A DNA stretch of 64,000 nt from Paramoeba atlantica (taxonomy: Eukaryota > Protista > Discosea). The stretch lies in the NCBI GenBank assembly GCA_977017575.1, contig CDRNVI010000040.1, positions 806,001 through 870,000 on the forward strand. The letters are read 5' to 3'. Shown piece by piece: positions 34,002 to 46,020 of this stretch (its first letter is position 1; every line of letters begins with the position of its first letter). Position numbers and translations under genes: made by a program. A model generated the notes under the pieces. The model saw only the letters and a list, made by a program, of their open reading frames with translations. It was not told the DNA's origin and made no database searches.

Positions 34002-34793
34002 GGCGACAGTGAATGTTCGACCTCATTCCGTCAGCATTTGACTTATCTTGAAAAGAATTGTTCATGAACAATAAGCTCAAAGAACAACCTATATTGATCA
34101 TAATAGAGCAGCTAAAGTTTGAACCAAGTCTACCCACATTTCAAAATTTCCCCTAAAATTAACTAAACCACTGTTCGGGTTAATATTCCTGGTAGGAATA
34201 TTAAGAGGGTATAGGAATATTACGAGGTATAGGAGTGCAACCAGGTATAAAACAAATTAGCAGAAAAGGACCAAAATAGATTGACGTAGCTCTCTAGGGA
34301 ATAGTTTCATTATTATAGAGCGGGGGGGTAGGAATATAAAAAAATAGCGAAAAAGGAGCATTTTTTTTCGCGCTGTGAAGAGGCGCGATCTTTAAGTTTT
34401 GTTCTCTTTTTGGTCTGTTTAGGGCTTGTTACACTAACGTCGTTAGTGGGAAGCAATTTGCGAAGCCGGAGGGGGGGGGTATGGCGAGGGCCCGCGTGAG
34501 CGGGCCTGAGCCATACGCGGCGTCGTTAGTGGGAAGCAATTGGCGAAGCCGGAGGTGGTGGTATGGCGAGGCCCCGCGTGAAGGGATTAAAGGATGGGAT
34601 TAAAAAAAGTTTGCACACGTTTGTTTAGACCTTTTTAACACCTTTTTAGAATGAGTTTGTCCTTGTTTTTTAAGTTATATCCAACCCACATTGAATACAA
34701 AAATGGCCTAAATATTCTCCTTTAGATTTACCGTCACGTGCACACGCCCATTCTCTACCGAGGCACACATACCCCAAATACCTCTCTATTATT

Positions 34794-36707
34794 TTACTGC
34801 ATAAAACTACGCCAATTGCAGGGACGCAAAAAGTGCATCCCTAAACTGTGACTCACACCCAATATCCCGGGAAGGGTGGGGTGAAAGCGGACCTCTTTGC
34901 CATACTGCAACCCTCCGTGCTCGAACAGCACTTGTTCAGGGACCCTACGATGCACTTCTTGCAACCACCCCGGAGGTGTGACCTCAGAATTTTCTTTTCC
35001 ATCCCCCTTTTCACCTTTTTGCTTAACCTTTTCCTCTTTTTCCTTCGTATGGGGATGAAGGGCTAACGCTTGCAACTCCTCCTGGGGATCACGCTCGACG
35101 GAGAAATCATATACGGCAACTTCCCGATCAGAACAAACTGCGGCGACTGATTCATTTTGAGGCGACCAGGAAATCGAATTAATCGGATCTTTATGATAGT
35201 TTGCGATTTCTAATAACAGCGCACTGTTTTTATGAGAGGTTGTTTTAGAGTTCTTGCTTCCCTGTTTTTGTTTTTCTAATGCCGAGACGGTGCGTAAATC
35301 CCACACCCGGACACGTCCGTTGTCGTCTCCGGTACACAGCAAATGGGAATTTACCGAAAGCGGACCCCAACTGACGACATTAATGTCGACTTGGGGGTTC
35401 TCACTGCCCTGCCAGGAAAGCTGAGGAGTTAATTTCTGCCTCACATCCAACACGGAGAGACGGCCGCTGTGACTGGCGAGTACAAACACACCGGGCTGTG
35501 TGGGACTAGCCGCAATGTCCTCTACTGGAGCGTTGAAATGCCCAGTCAAAATTCCATTTGAGGAAACAGAATTTAAAGAGCTCTCCGTGGTCGATCCACT
35601 CGCAACCGAGATATCGGGATGATAGCCAATTTTACCTCCATGACTTCCCCAAAGCAACGCTGCTGTATTTTTTGATGCATTCTGACCGTTTCCTGATTTT
35701 CCCCATTCCAGAGCCCAGCCTTCATCCTTTTTCCCCACCGAGAAGGAAAAAAGAGGAGAAGACGAAGATGAGGGCGAAAACGTATTTGACACGTTGGAAT
35801 TTGAAAAATCCGATACAGCTCCTTTTCCCTGTGTGCTGTGGACGATCACTGTATTCCCCGACCACACAGATACCAGCGGCAGCGCACTGTGTGTCCGCAC
35901 ACGTGTGACCACACCCTTGGGCATCGGGTACGAAGCCACAAGCTCCACGGTGGGGTCAGAAAATCCTAACGAGAGGTCCAAGTCATCCAGCGTGTCATTT
36001 CCGAGGTGAGCGAGCGGATGAGAATGTGAAGAAACAGAAGTTCGTGGCACTTTTTGGGTATTTGTATCGTTTTCAGATATTTGATTCTCATGAAACAGAT
36101 TTGCTTCTTCATTTTCATCCTCTTCATCAGGTTCCATTGTGGGGTAGAGATTACGAATTTTTATCAGATGGAGAAAATCGGATTCTCGTGTTTTTTTCCC
36201 GTTCGGTATTCCTGCTTGGGTGCCAAACGCTAGAGAGAGCTCCAGAGGGTAGCCAGAGGGTTTACAATTCGCATGCTCAGTCTGGGAGGGGACAGAGGGA
36301 TTTGCAATCCAATCAAACGACAAGGCCGGCCATTCGAGACTTAGTGGATGCAACATTTCATACGCACTGGGGTCATAAATCATGTCCCCTTCCTCGTGGA
36401 GCGAACTAGGACCTTTTTGTGGGTTATACACAAAAGGGTGTGAAGGCTCATTGTGGTGAACGTTTTCATTTGAAGCAATTTCGTGGGAATTGTTGTTTTT
36501 ACTTGGAGAGCTCTGTGGGACTGGAAATGAAGCTTCTCCACTCTGTTGTAGAGATTGCTGGATCTCATCGTATTCAGAGTCCCCATCGGATTCGGTCGTA
36601 AAGTCGGAGCTGTTTGTGTCGAAACCGGAATCGCTGTTATTGCCCTCCTCAGCGGTTTGTTTTGTGAAGGGTTTCTCGTCCTCAGCAATACGTTTCTGTC
36701 GAGGCAT
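34794..36707 (-). CDS. GRWD1: GRWD1/Rrb1-like WD40 ribosome-assembly protein
   Basis: Acidic N-terminus, YDPSAYEMLH..EWPALSFD, WD repeats, PEQVLFEH.G...KEVRFHP. Confidence 0.85.
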   Translation of the reverse strand: MPRQKRIAEDEKPFTKQTAEEGNNSDSGFDTNSSDFTTESDGDSEYDEIQQSLQQSGEASFPVPQSSPSKNNNSHEIASNENVHHNEPSHPFVYNPQKGPSSLHEEGDMIYDPSAYEMLHPLSLEWPALSFDWIANPSVPSQTEHANCKPSGYPLELSLAFGTQAGIPNGKKTRESDFLHLIKIRNLYPTMEPDEEDENEEANLFHENQISENDTNTQKVPRTSVSSHSHPLAHLGNDTLDDLDLSLGFSDPTVELVASYPMPKGVVTRVRTHSALPLVSVWSGNTVIVHSTQGKGAVSDFSNSNVSNTFSPSSSSSPLFSFSVGKKDEGWALEWGKSGNGQNASKNTAALLWGSHGGKIGYHPDISVASGSTTESSLNSVSSNGILTGHFNAPVEDIAASPTQPGVFVLASHSGRLSVLDVRQKLTPQLSWQGSENPQVDINVVSWGPLSVNSHLLCTGDDNGRVRVWDLRTVSALEKQKQGSKNSKTTSHKNSALLLEIANYHKDPINSISWSPQNESVAAVCSDREVAVYDFSVERDPQEELQALALHPHTKEKEEKVKQKGEKGDGKENSEVTPPGWLQEVHRRVPEQVLFEHGGLQYGKEVRFHPTLPGILGVSHSLGMHFLRPCNWRSFMQ

Positions 36708-36990
36708 TTAAGCAGAAAATTGTAGTGAAATATAAGAAATGACACTTTAATAAAAATTTATTAATTATTACCAGCTATAAATGTGGGTGACCATAGTAAT
36801 GGATAGGATAGTTTGGTGTTAGCGGTAAGAAAACAAAATAATGTAGTGAGCATGAAGTTTTTTGATGTTTTGAGCTTCATAATAAAGAAAAAAAATTACT
36901 GATCGGTTGTGTGCATAACATGTGGGATAATTGTACCACGTGACACGATCCTCAGTGAAACAAAAAAGGTTTTTCAAGACCTTTTTGTCC

Positions 36991-37861
36991 TCAATGTGGC
37001 ATTGCATTTTCATGCTTGCTATAGTGCTCAAAATAGGCCATGTAGTCATGATGTAGCTGTTGCTGTTTCTGCTTCACAGGTCGTGAGCGCACTTGACTTT
37101 GTCGCTTGCGAAGCTCACTTAAGGTGTCGAATGGAATACTCGGAGAGGCCTGAGTGCGAGGTCGGGGTAAGGGCAGACGTAATTCCGGAACTTTACGGGA
37201 TTGGGGTCTATTTTTCTCTTCATGTGCATGTGAGAACGGGGCACGTCCCGAATGTTGCTCGGAAAGAATGGTGACATGACTCTCTGGAGTTCCCTTGGAG
37301 TTTGGTAAAGTTTCCTTTGTTTTTCCCGAACGTGTGAGACTGTTCCATATTCGTCGCGCAAGACTCGGAGATTTTTCGTGCGAGTGGGAAACATTCTTGA
37401 CGGAAGATACGGATTTCGAAAATTTGGGATTTTTAAGAATCTGTATTTCGGGACTTTTTTCCTCGTCTTGAAACGAAAGTTTACCCTGACGACGGTTCGG
37501 ATCAGGACGCATGTTTGGTCTAAAAAGTGGACGTACGGAAGGTCGCATTACGTGCGTGTCTTCTAGATGACGACTATTCTGAATGTTGGTTGATCGAGCC
37601 ACAGGATACGAGCTCTTCATCGGTGGCTTTTTAGAAAAAGATGCGTTTACACCTTGCTTGGACACCCCAAGAACAGAATGATTCGAAATGCGTGACGAAG
37701 GTTTCATAGTTGGCTTCTCACTGAGTCTTTCTCGTCCCGATTTCGTGTCCTGCTTTTGCCGAGCTTGTTGGTGAAGCCTTTCCCATGCTGGAAGAGTAGA
37801 TCGAAAAGTAACTCTACCAGAATTCGTGCTACTGTGAGAAATATTCGTTGATTTAATACTA
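36991..37861 (-). pseudogene. 3' part of a low-complexity host ORF split by the TIR element
   Basis: In frame with 40164-41739 after removing the element and one TA. Confidence 0.75.
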
Positions 37862-38420
37862 CTGTGACCCCCCCCTTTAATATGGACACTTTTTCGGCTT
37901 TTGTCCATAATAAAGGGGGGGGGCGATGAAAGGGGTGTGAAAAAAAATTCGGCGCCGCTTCGCGGCACCTTTTTTACTTATAATACGACAAAAAATCAAA
38001 TTTGTAAAATCCATGTCCAGGAGAGAGGGCGAGGAGAGCAGAGGAAGAGGGCGGGGGAGGAGGGCGTCAATGAGGGGTGAAGGGGCACTTCTTCATAAGG
38101 GTGAAGGGTACATGGAGGATATACATTATTGATGTACACTATAATTAGGAATAAAAAATTAACAACAAGCAAAAAATCATGCATGCTCACATTCAGCTCT
38201 ATATTCCGTGTAGCTATAAAGGTTCCATTCAGTTAAATTGTAGATGTTCTAACGTAAAAATCGAGCCCAAACTTCCTACTCATACAAAGTTTCACACAAA
38301 TGAACTAAAGGTGGAAAGAAAGAACTTACGTTCACGACGGGAAAAAACAAGACCAACGTTAAGAGCTCACGTAAAAAAACCCACGTAAACTTATCACAAC
38401 AAAATAAAATAACAGCCCTT

Positions 38421-39107
38421 TTACAATTCAAAAGTATCATCATACGCTACTGACTGATCCCACCCCTCTGTGTCCATGTCTCCGCGGTCGTTGTCTGGAT
38501 GAAGCATTAGTTGCCCTAAACAATCTTGAGTGTCAATTATTTCCTCATCGTGAAGCTCTTCAGTGAGGGCAGGACGATGAGACAGAGCACCGGGAACGCA
38601 TGGTGGCCATGTTTTTGAGATATTTTTGCGTGTGAGCTTGTTCTCCACGGGAACTAAAAAAAGCAAGTTACACAGATTGTTTACCAAATGGAGCCCGCAT
38701 TCATTCGTCATTGGTTGCTGTTGCGGCACTGCGGCGTATTTAATCTTCATCTCCGCAGAGAAACCTATCAGCGGACGCATGTGAATCATGATGCTGTTCA
38801 GAAAATCAGATCGAGCAGAGGGACAATATGTTTCGTAACTGTCGAAAACAGTTTGCCCAAACCTCTGGAAATCGACAAGGATAAAATGCCCATTAAAAAT
38901 TAAAGCCGCGGCTATTCGACGAACCGATGTAATATGCTGTTTTGGCTCGCGGCCCAGGCCTAACATCAACTGCGTCTGTCCGGTATTTAGGAACATGAGA
39001 TGCCTGTCTGCATTAGGCAATTCCCGATATACCTCCATTACGTTTTGGCAGAGCTGATCCACCGCGTGCTCAAAAATCTCAGTCAAAAAAATTCGCTCCG
39101 TGCTCAA
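38421..39107 (-). CDS. Ulp1/C48-like cysteine protease ORF in the element
   Basis: NGHFILVD, FDSY, VPQQQPMTNECGLHL (H-D-Q-C order). Confidence 0.7.
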   Translation of the reverse strand: MSTERIFLTEIFEHAVDQLCQNVMEVYRELPNADRHLMFLNTGQTQLMLGLGREPKQHITSVRRIAAALIFNGHFILVDFQRFGQTVFDSYETYCPSARSDFLNSIMIHMRPLIGFSAEMKIKYAAVPQQQPMTNECGLHLVNNLCNLLFLVPVENKLTRKNISKTWPPCVPGALSHRPALTEELHDEEIIDTQDCLGQLMLHPDNDRGDMDTEGWDQSVAYDDTFEL

Positions 39108-39948
39108 AAATTACAGTCGGGTGGAGCGGGTAAACTTCGTCGGCCCCTAAATCATAGACGCCCGCAAGAAATGCGGTTACTGTTTCCTTTGGGTTTGTAT
39201 CCACTACCTTAGGTTGCGGGCACCCTACCGGAGCAAGTGTGTACCCTTGCACCTCTCCATTGACAAACATGGCGGTTTCATCCCCGAAAAGCGCGAAACG
39301 GTAGCAACTGACTGTGTTTTGAACGTAGAGCTTTTCAGCCCAACGAGAAATTCTGAGGTTCACATCAGCGGGGGCTAAGCACTGTATTCTGCCCCACCGC
39401 CGCCACACCCAACCATAGTACCGTCTGAACTTCGCATAAGTGTCTTCCAAAGCACTAATTGAAGTCAATCCCGTATTTTGTCGTATCATGTCGATGACGA
39501 TATTTCTGGTGAGGGGACACCATAACGAGGAGGCTTGAACGCAGGAGCGGTGTACCCGTTCCATTGCCTCAGACTTATTGTAGCAAACTGCTTCGGGATC
39601 ATTGTAGTCGCCTCCTCGAACGTTAAAAGCACGATTCCTGTGGTTGCTCCCCATGGAACGATCAATGAGTTTTTGAAAGTAGCTCATACCGTGGCTACGG
39701 ATTTCATATACTCCGCTTCGCGAAATTCCGCATTTTTCTCGGATTCTTTTTACCGAGAGAGTCGATCGGCAGATTTCGCGCTTCTCGTATATATTAAGCT
39801 CAGTTCGTCCCCTTTTCTCCTTTACGTGGATATCTAAAGAAGCGTGGACATTGCGCTCATTTGTAATCAACATTGTTGGATTACATACCTGTGGCTTTGG
39901 GGGTGTTGCCTTAATCCAAGAGGTTAAGGGTCCTTCCACGGAATTCAT
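39079..39948 (-). CDS. pogo/IS630-Tc1-mariner-like transposase N-terminus (HTH plus first catalytic D)
   Basis: LNIYEKREIC..GISRSGVYEI HTH, KFRRYYGW, ALFGDETAMF, TLAPVG; second and third acidic residues not found. Confidence 0.65.
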   Translation of the reverse strand: MNSVEGPLTSWIKATPPKPQVCNPTMLITNERNVHASLDIHVKEKRGRTELNIYEKREICRSTLSVKRIREKCGISRSGVYEIRSHGMSYFQKLIDRSMGSNHRNRAFNVRGGDYNDPEAVCYNKSEAMERVHRSCVQASSLWCPLTRNIVIDMIRQNTGLTSISALEDTYAKFRRYYGWVWRRWGRIQCLAPADVNLRISRWAEKLYVQNTVSCYRFALFGDETAMFVNGEVQGYTLAPVGCPQPKVVDTNPKETVTAFLAGVYDLGADEVYPLHPTVIFEHGANFFD

Positions 39949-40163
39949 TAGGTTGAAAAATGACTGAAATATATGAACATGACGAACTATGTGAAAGCTG
40001 ATAAAATTACCTAGCTACAGATACCCTAAAAAACAGAAAAAAAGAGACAAAAAAAAGGGTATGTCAAAAAAAAAAATTGGCGCCGCTGCGCGGCGCCCGG
40101 TCGGATTTGTCCATAATAAAGGGGGGGGATACCCCCTGTCCATATTAAAGGGGGGGGTCACAG

Positions 40164-41739
40164 TACCTGGTTTTGCAGATACCACCCTTGGTTTTGTATA
40201 CACATTGGTTCGCACATTTTCAGCAATACCGCTCGATTTTTCCTTTTCCCTAACAGGTTTCGCAGTAGACATGCCCATTTTTTGGCTTCTGTAACATACT
40301 TGTGATTCAGATTTTACCCTCATTGCGGAAGGGACCGTTTTTTCGTACGTCCTACTTCCTTGTAAAGGTCCAGAAGAGCTTAACAACCCTCGGGGTCGTG
40401 TAGGAAGGGGCGTGGCGAGTTTCACGGGACGTCGCTCGGCGGTCCGAGTGCTACGAAAACACATTGGGGGCTGCGTAACTCTCGGAGTCGTTAAATTCTT
40501 TTTAACAGGAGGTTTTGGATAGAGTCGGTGAAAGGCTGCCTCCCTGTGTACACCCCCATGAGATAGATTTCCGTATTTTTGGGTGTTAATCTTTGGGTAT
40601 ATTTGACTCTCATTTAATGATGGACGCTTATTTACACTCAAACGCTGAGTTGTGTTTTTGCGCTCTAAATGGGTATTGCTGCGGTATAATGTCACCTCAG
40701 GTACGTCGTTAAACATGGGAACAGCATTTGGCATTCGTTTCGCCCAAGGAGAGGGACTCAACAACGGGGAGGGATTGCGTGAGGGATGAAAGGAACAGCT
40801 CCGCATTTCCTCCACAGCTCTGTGGTGCTCTTTATGGGCGTTCGCGGCCTCACGCAATGCTTGTCGTGCCACAGAGTCCTCATGCATGCGTTCCCACCAA
40901 GGGGAGGACGGCGAAGATTCCATTCTGTTTCTTGCATGAATAAACGATTCAGTTTCCATATTTTCAGCATCTGTTTGGAAGGAGCCTAAACCAATCTGTC
41001 CCTCATGACGGGGTAGAGATGTTTCGTATCGTTGTGCAGATAAATCTTTGTGCAGGAATTGAGATGAGAATTCCTCCTGGGGACTTTGCGCCGTAGAAGG
41101 GGGTCGGGTATTGGATGTCCAATGAGGGGGGGAGAGCGAGACGACCTCACGCGGATAATTACTCGTTGGATTCATTTCGTGATCTGTAGAGTGAGATTCG
41201 GTGCGTGAGCCCGAAGAGGTCCCGAGAATATGGGAGCTGCCCTCCGGTTGGGTGGAAAACACTTGCGGAGAACACTTCTCGACTTCGGATTGCCAATCAA
41301 GGATGTGAGTGGAGGAGGGCTGGGCGTATTTTGTAATCGGTGAGGCGTCCTTGGGGTGCGACAGAGTGGAGGATACTAAAGACTGCATTTGATGCAAAAT
41401 ATCTGTGACATGATCTAATTCACTTTCGGTTAGCATGCGCGCCATGGGTTGACAAGCGCAAGAGTAAATTCTACCAAAAAGAATACGCTGTAGTAAAGAA
41501 GAATGCATAAATGAAGACGTGGTATGTTGGAGATGGTATAGTAAAAGAAACAAGTCCCATAAATTTAGAAAAAGTGCATTCGCATGTATAAAAAAGGCGA
41601 AAAAAGAGGTATCAGTACAAAAAGAAGGTTGATGAAAAGAGTGCGTATTGGTTTGTTTTTGATTCTCATCGGTCCCCGCACGTGCGAAATATCGCAGTAA
41701 GAAAAGTTTTAAACCTTTATCATTTTGAAATGATATCAT
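40164..41739 (-). pseudogene. 5' part of the host ORF split by the TIR element
   Basis: Long ORF reading into the TIR at ...AKPG|TVTPPF. Confidence 0.75.
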
Positions 41740-41848
41740 TGCAAAAACCCCATTTAATCCATGAATTCATTTAAGTATTGTCCGTCTCAAAGAGCAGTTT
41801 ATGTAAAAAAGCATTCAAAAAGCTAAAAATATCGGCTGCAAAAAATGA

Positions 41849-42607
41849 TTAGCTACGCGACGCTGAGATTCTCTCTATGCCTGTTCCATGTATTTCCAGG
41901 ATTCGTAGAGAAGAGGGCAACTTTGCGTTGTCAAGTGAACCACACAGATCTTTGTTCCCAAACAAATACATCTCAAATAGGCTTTGCGAACGGAATAGAG
42001 ACTCAAAAATAAAAATGCCATTAAAGCAATTGTTTTGTAAGGCAATCGTGCGCAACTTCGCGGGAATATTTATAAAACAAGGAGTTCCACTAAGTTGGTT
42101 GTCAGAAATATAAAAAAAAACTAACGCAGCAGGTAAGGAATGAAATGCCACAGAACCGAGGAAGCAATTGTAACTTAAGTTAAGAAGATCTATCGTGTCT
42201 GGTAAATTGGTAAGATCTGGCGTTCCTATAAATTTGTTAATCGATATTGAGAGATAAGTTAATCTGGGCGGAAGGTGTGAAAAATCCGTTTCACCGCAAA
42301 GTTTATTGAGACGGAAGTTAATTGACTTGATTGATTCGAGTAGGAACGCCCATTCGAGAGGGCCAGAAAGTGAGGCTTCAGCCCAGTACATTTTTTCTAC
42401 CTTGTCCCGATCATCACAGGTCACCCAGTCCCATTCACAAGCAGGCGTGTGCGTATTCCAAGACGAGGGTGTACCTTGCACATTTTTAAGGAACTGTACC
42501 ATCTGATATTCTTGCGGAAGTTGAGCACCTCGGACTTTGTGAGACCGCATACCGGTTGAGTTTTGCTCAGTCATCCTGGGCCGAAATCTAAAGTAGAAGC
42601 CAAGCAA
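41849..42607 (-). CDS. LRR family protein
   Basis: KVRGAQLPQEY, SWNTHTPACEWDWVTC cap. Confidence 0.85.
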   Translation of the reverse strand: MLGFYFRFRPRMTEQNSTGMRSHKVRGAQLPQEYQMVQFLKNVQGTPSSWNTHTPACEWDWVTCDDRDKVEKMYWAEASLSGPLEWAFLLESIKSINFRLNKLCGETDFSHLPPRLTYLSISINKFIGTPDLTNLPDTIDLLNLSYNCFLGSVAFHSLPAALVFFYISDNQLSGTPCFINIPAKLRTIALQNNCFNGIFIFESLFRSQSLFEMYLFGNKDLCGSLDNAKLPSSLRILEIHGTGIERISASRS

Positions 42608-42635
42608 TTTTTTTTAGTTTAAATTAGGACGGGTA

Positions 42636-43040
42636 CGTCTCTGCTTCGTTGACGGGTCAACCAATTGGCTGCCGCTTCGTTGACAGTAAATCCGACTTTC
42701 AACGAAGTGGCAGCCAATTGGTTGACCCGTCAACGAGTGTGAATTTTCTGCTCACGAAACGCAGCAATGAAAAAACTGTCTCTGAGTCGATGAAAGATTT
42801 TCAGGAATTATAATTTTCACCCAATCCTAACAGCTCCCCAATTCCATGGTTCCAAAGCAGATCCTAGGCTCCTTGTTATTAGGCTCCTTACAGATTCCCA
42901 TGCGAGGAAGTCGTCATCGCTCCGCCTTCTGCTTTTTGCCCTGCGCCTCCTCCTTCCTCTACAGTTTTGCAGATCACAAATGTAACGGGTCTTAGCGTTG
43001 ATCAAATCACACTCGTTGACCCGTCAACGAAGTAGAGACA
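42636..43040. mobile_element. TA-flanked MITE
   Basis: 26-bp TIR (C/T)GTCTCT(G/A)CTTCGTTGACGGGTCAAC; internal palindrome 42645-42735. Confidence 0.75.
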
Positions 43041-44141
43041 TAGCCAATTAGGACTGCTTTGCCGGAATACTGTGACCCTCCCTTTAATACGGACAGATTT
43101 TTGGACTTTGTCCGTGTTAAGGAGGGGTACTAAAGATGAGAAAAATACTCCTTTTCTCCGAAAAAATAAGACAAAAAAGAAATTTGGCCCCGCGAAGCGG
43201 CACCTGTTTCTTTCGAAGAAACAAGTCGAAAAGGGGTCGATCTAATGAGGATGAAAAACACATGCAGGATAAAAAAAATTACAAGATAAACGTTTTCTTC
43301 ACGTAGTGAAACGTTCAAATAATTGTACGCACTTTTTCTCGATATGTATTCATAATGTTTGTCTGCGTGTCGGCACCCCTTGCGAGCCACGACAGTTCGA
43401 GCCCTTAGAGCCGCGACTTTTCTCAACTTACATTCGCGCTTCGTGTTCAGAGGTTATCCGAGAACGGGGTATCAGGGGCTCAGTGCGCTGGGGAAAAGGG
43501 AGGGACATTGTCGTCCATCGGTTCCCGCTCCAGAGGTTTCCAGTTTGAACTTCTGCCAGGTTTAGCACTCCCCCAACTCGTGTCCTAAATCCTTTACGCC
43601 CTTTAGGTCATGAAAAAAATCCAAAAAAAACATAAAAATCGAAACAAATTACATTTTTTTTCAAAACAATAAATCACAATAAAAGAATAAATCACAATAA
43701 GTCACAATAAATGTTTAATAGTCGACTCCTGAAAGCAAAGAAGTGAATCATAAAATTTAAAGATTTCATTTTACTATCGAATTCCAGTAACTAAGAAAAT
43801 ACATTCAAAGGATTGCTTTGGCAAAGGCAATTCTAATAAAAATTCTAATAAAAATAAGGCAAGCGTAGGAAAGCGTGAAAGGACAAGGCCAACCATCGGA
43901 AACAAAAAAATTAGGAACAAAAAATTAGAAAGTAAAAAGCATGCAAGAACATTGCTGTTTCAAAAAAGTACCTTAAAGGAAAGAAATATGTTGTGCAAGT
44001 CATAAAAGCAAAACGCATTAGCATGTTGCATGGATAATTGCATGGAATTATTTGGAAGTAACCCCTACAAAATGGATCAGGTAAAATCACCTGAAATGAA
44101 TTAGGTGAGCAACAATTGACAAAAAGTTTTGCTGCAAAACG

Positions 44142-44696
44142 TTACATACTTTTGGACACTAGTTTTTGCAGGTACTCTCGACTGAGTTGGCGTTTTGTAC
44201 TTGCTCGAGTACACCAAAATTGTCGTTGCCTTTCAGACAGACGTTTCCATCGCATCGCTGTTGCTCGAAATACTGCAATTCTGCGTATCGGAAGAAAAGG
44301 AAACTTTTGGAAGAACTTTGGACAAGCGTGTAGAATTGGGCAAGTGTGATGGCAGTAAAGTGAATATCCTGTAAGCCAGACGGACGCAAGACACTGTTTT
44401 ATAACGTTCTTGATTTCAGAGTGACGCAGCGCTTGAAGTTGACAAGATACCTTTTTTGAGGGCACTAAGGTGCGATATCGTTTTTGCAACATATGAAGTG
44501 TGTGAAGCGCATGTACAGAACGTGGTTGTAGGCGTTGTTCGCGTGACAGATGTGATTCGAATTTACGAAATGTTGGAGCAAAAGTTTTTCGAGTGTAAAT
44601 GTGGACAGGATGTGTGGGATGCTTACGACATTTACGCAATTTTGCAAGAAGAAATCGGCCAAGTATGTGTCGTGGAATAATTTTGTTGAGAGCCAT
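44142..44696 (-). CDS. Basic HMG-box-like protein
   Basis: LTGYSLYC...ATAMRWKRLSERQRQFWCTRA; first ATG at 44696. Confidence 0.65.
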   Translation of the reverse strand: MALNKIIPRHILGRFLLAKLRKCRKHPTHPVHIYTRKTFAPTFRKFESHLSREQRLQPRSVHALHTLHMLQKRYRTLVPSKKVSCQLQALRHSEIKNVIKQCLASVWLTGYSLYCHHTCPILHACPKFFQKFPFLPIRRIAVFRATAMRWKRLSERQRQFWCTRASTKRQLSREYLQKLVSKSM

Positions 44697-44935
44697 TTTA
44701 TAAGTAACAGCGAAATATGTAAAGAAAATATGATTTGCGTCTTTGAGAACTTCTACGACTTTTGTTTCATACTTGCAGCCAAACAATTTCCCCAAGATAG
44801 ACAATTTTCAACCAAATAAGCTATTTTTTTTTGAGTCCAAAGGGACTCATTTTTGTCCGAAACGCGTTTACAGGGGCAACACTACATAATTTATTAATTC
44901 ACATTTGCCTCGACGTACTTGTGGTTATCTGCCAA

Positions 44936-45574
44936 CTACTCTACACGTATCGCTGTGCCACCAATATCTACATAACAAACGTCCTGCGGGCTTTGACGAG
45001 GTAATAGTGATTCGCGACATACTCCGCGTAACTTAAAATTATTTGAGAGATTCAAATGCAACAGACCCGCAGGGAGCCTATCCATATTGACAAACCCCTC
45101 AAGATTGTTGCTCTTCACATCGAGCACCTCTATTGCACCTGGCAATGCTTCCAAGTCGAGTTCCCCTGAAAATTGATTGCCAAACAAAATAAGCGCTAGC
45201 ATCGATCGAGGCAAATCTTTCACACTGATGCCCCCAGATTAATCATTTCGGGGTACGCTTAACCGCTCTATGGAGTCGGGGAGGTGAGCCCAGGATAGTT
45301 GCCCTCGAAGCACTCCCGTCGTCGCTCGCCACTCCGTGAATAGAAATGGACCAAAAAACTGAAAAGTTACGTAATCGTAATGTATTGGCTTTCTTGCTTC
45401 GTTACATGAAACGCCAAACCACTCACAAGCTGATGTGTTTGCACTCCATGTCGAATGCGGATTCTCAATATCCTTTATGAACAAGGCTAAAGCATATTCC
45501 GGCGGCAGTGGAGCTTTGACCTTGCCGAGACGCACGGGTGGAGCCTGCACATCTGCTGCAGTGAATGAAAGCAT
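44936..45574 (-). pseudogene. LRR gene with a single in-frame TAA (45239-45241)
   Basis: VPRND*SGGISVKDLP; the two track ORFs are in the same frame. Confidence 0.8.
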
Positions 45575-46020
45575 TGATAAAAAATAACTTTACTTGATCT
45601 TTTGATTACAATTTCAATCAACCACCAAGCGCTAAGCGGGTTATTAGGTAAAGAATCTATTGCAATGCAATAAAAAAACCGCCTCAAGTTTACACACATT
45701 TACTTCTAAAATATCAAACGGCATTTCAAGACATTGCTTCCTTTTTCTACAGACCACACAAGTCATGCGCATCTGCTAAAAAGCTACAAGTCTTTCACCC
45801 ATTGCCATCCGCAGTAAAAACGTACTACAGTAGTACTAGTAGTACCACTGTAGTACCATCCTATCCTATACGCTACGTACCCACAGCTCTATAAACTACT
45901 ACTTTTCTCCTCCCCCTTCCCTTCTACCCACAGCAAAAGTTTAAAACCCCCTTTCCCTCCTTTCTTTATCTTTGTCCTCTTTTAAAGCCCCTTTTCCCCG
46001 TTTTTACACACCCTGCTCTT

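Larger units (their letters stand above)
37862..40163 (-). mobile_element. TA-flanked TIR DNA transposon (2302 bp): pogo-like N-terminus plus Ulp1-like protease
   Basis: Perfect 27-bp TIR CTGTGACCCCCCCCTTTAATATGGACA; TA at 37860-61 and 40164-65. Confidence 0.9.
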
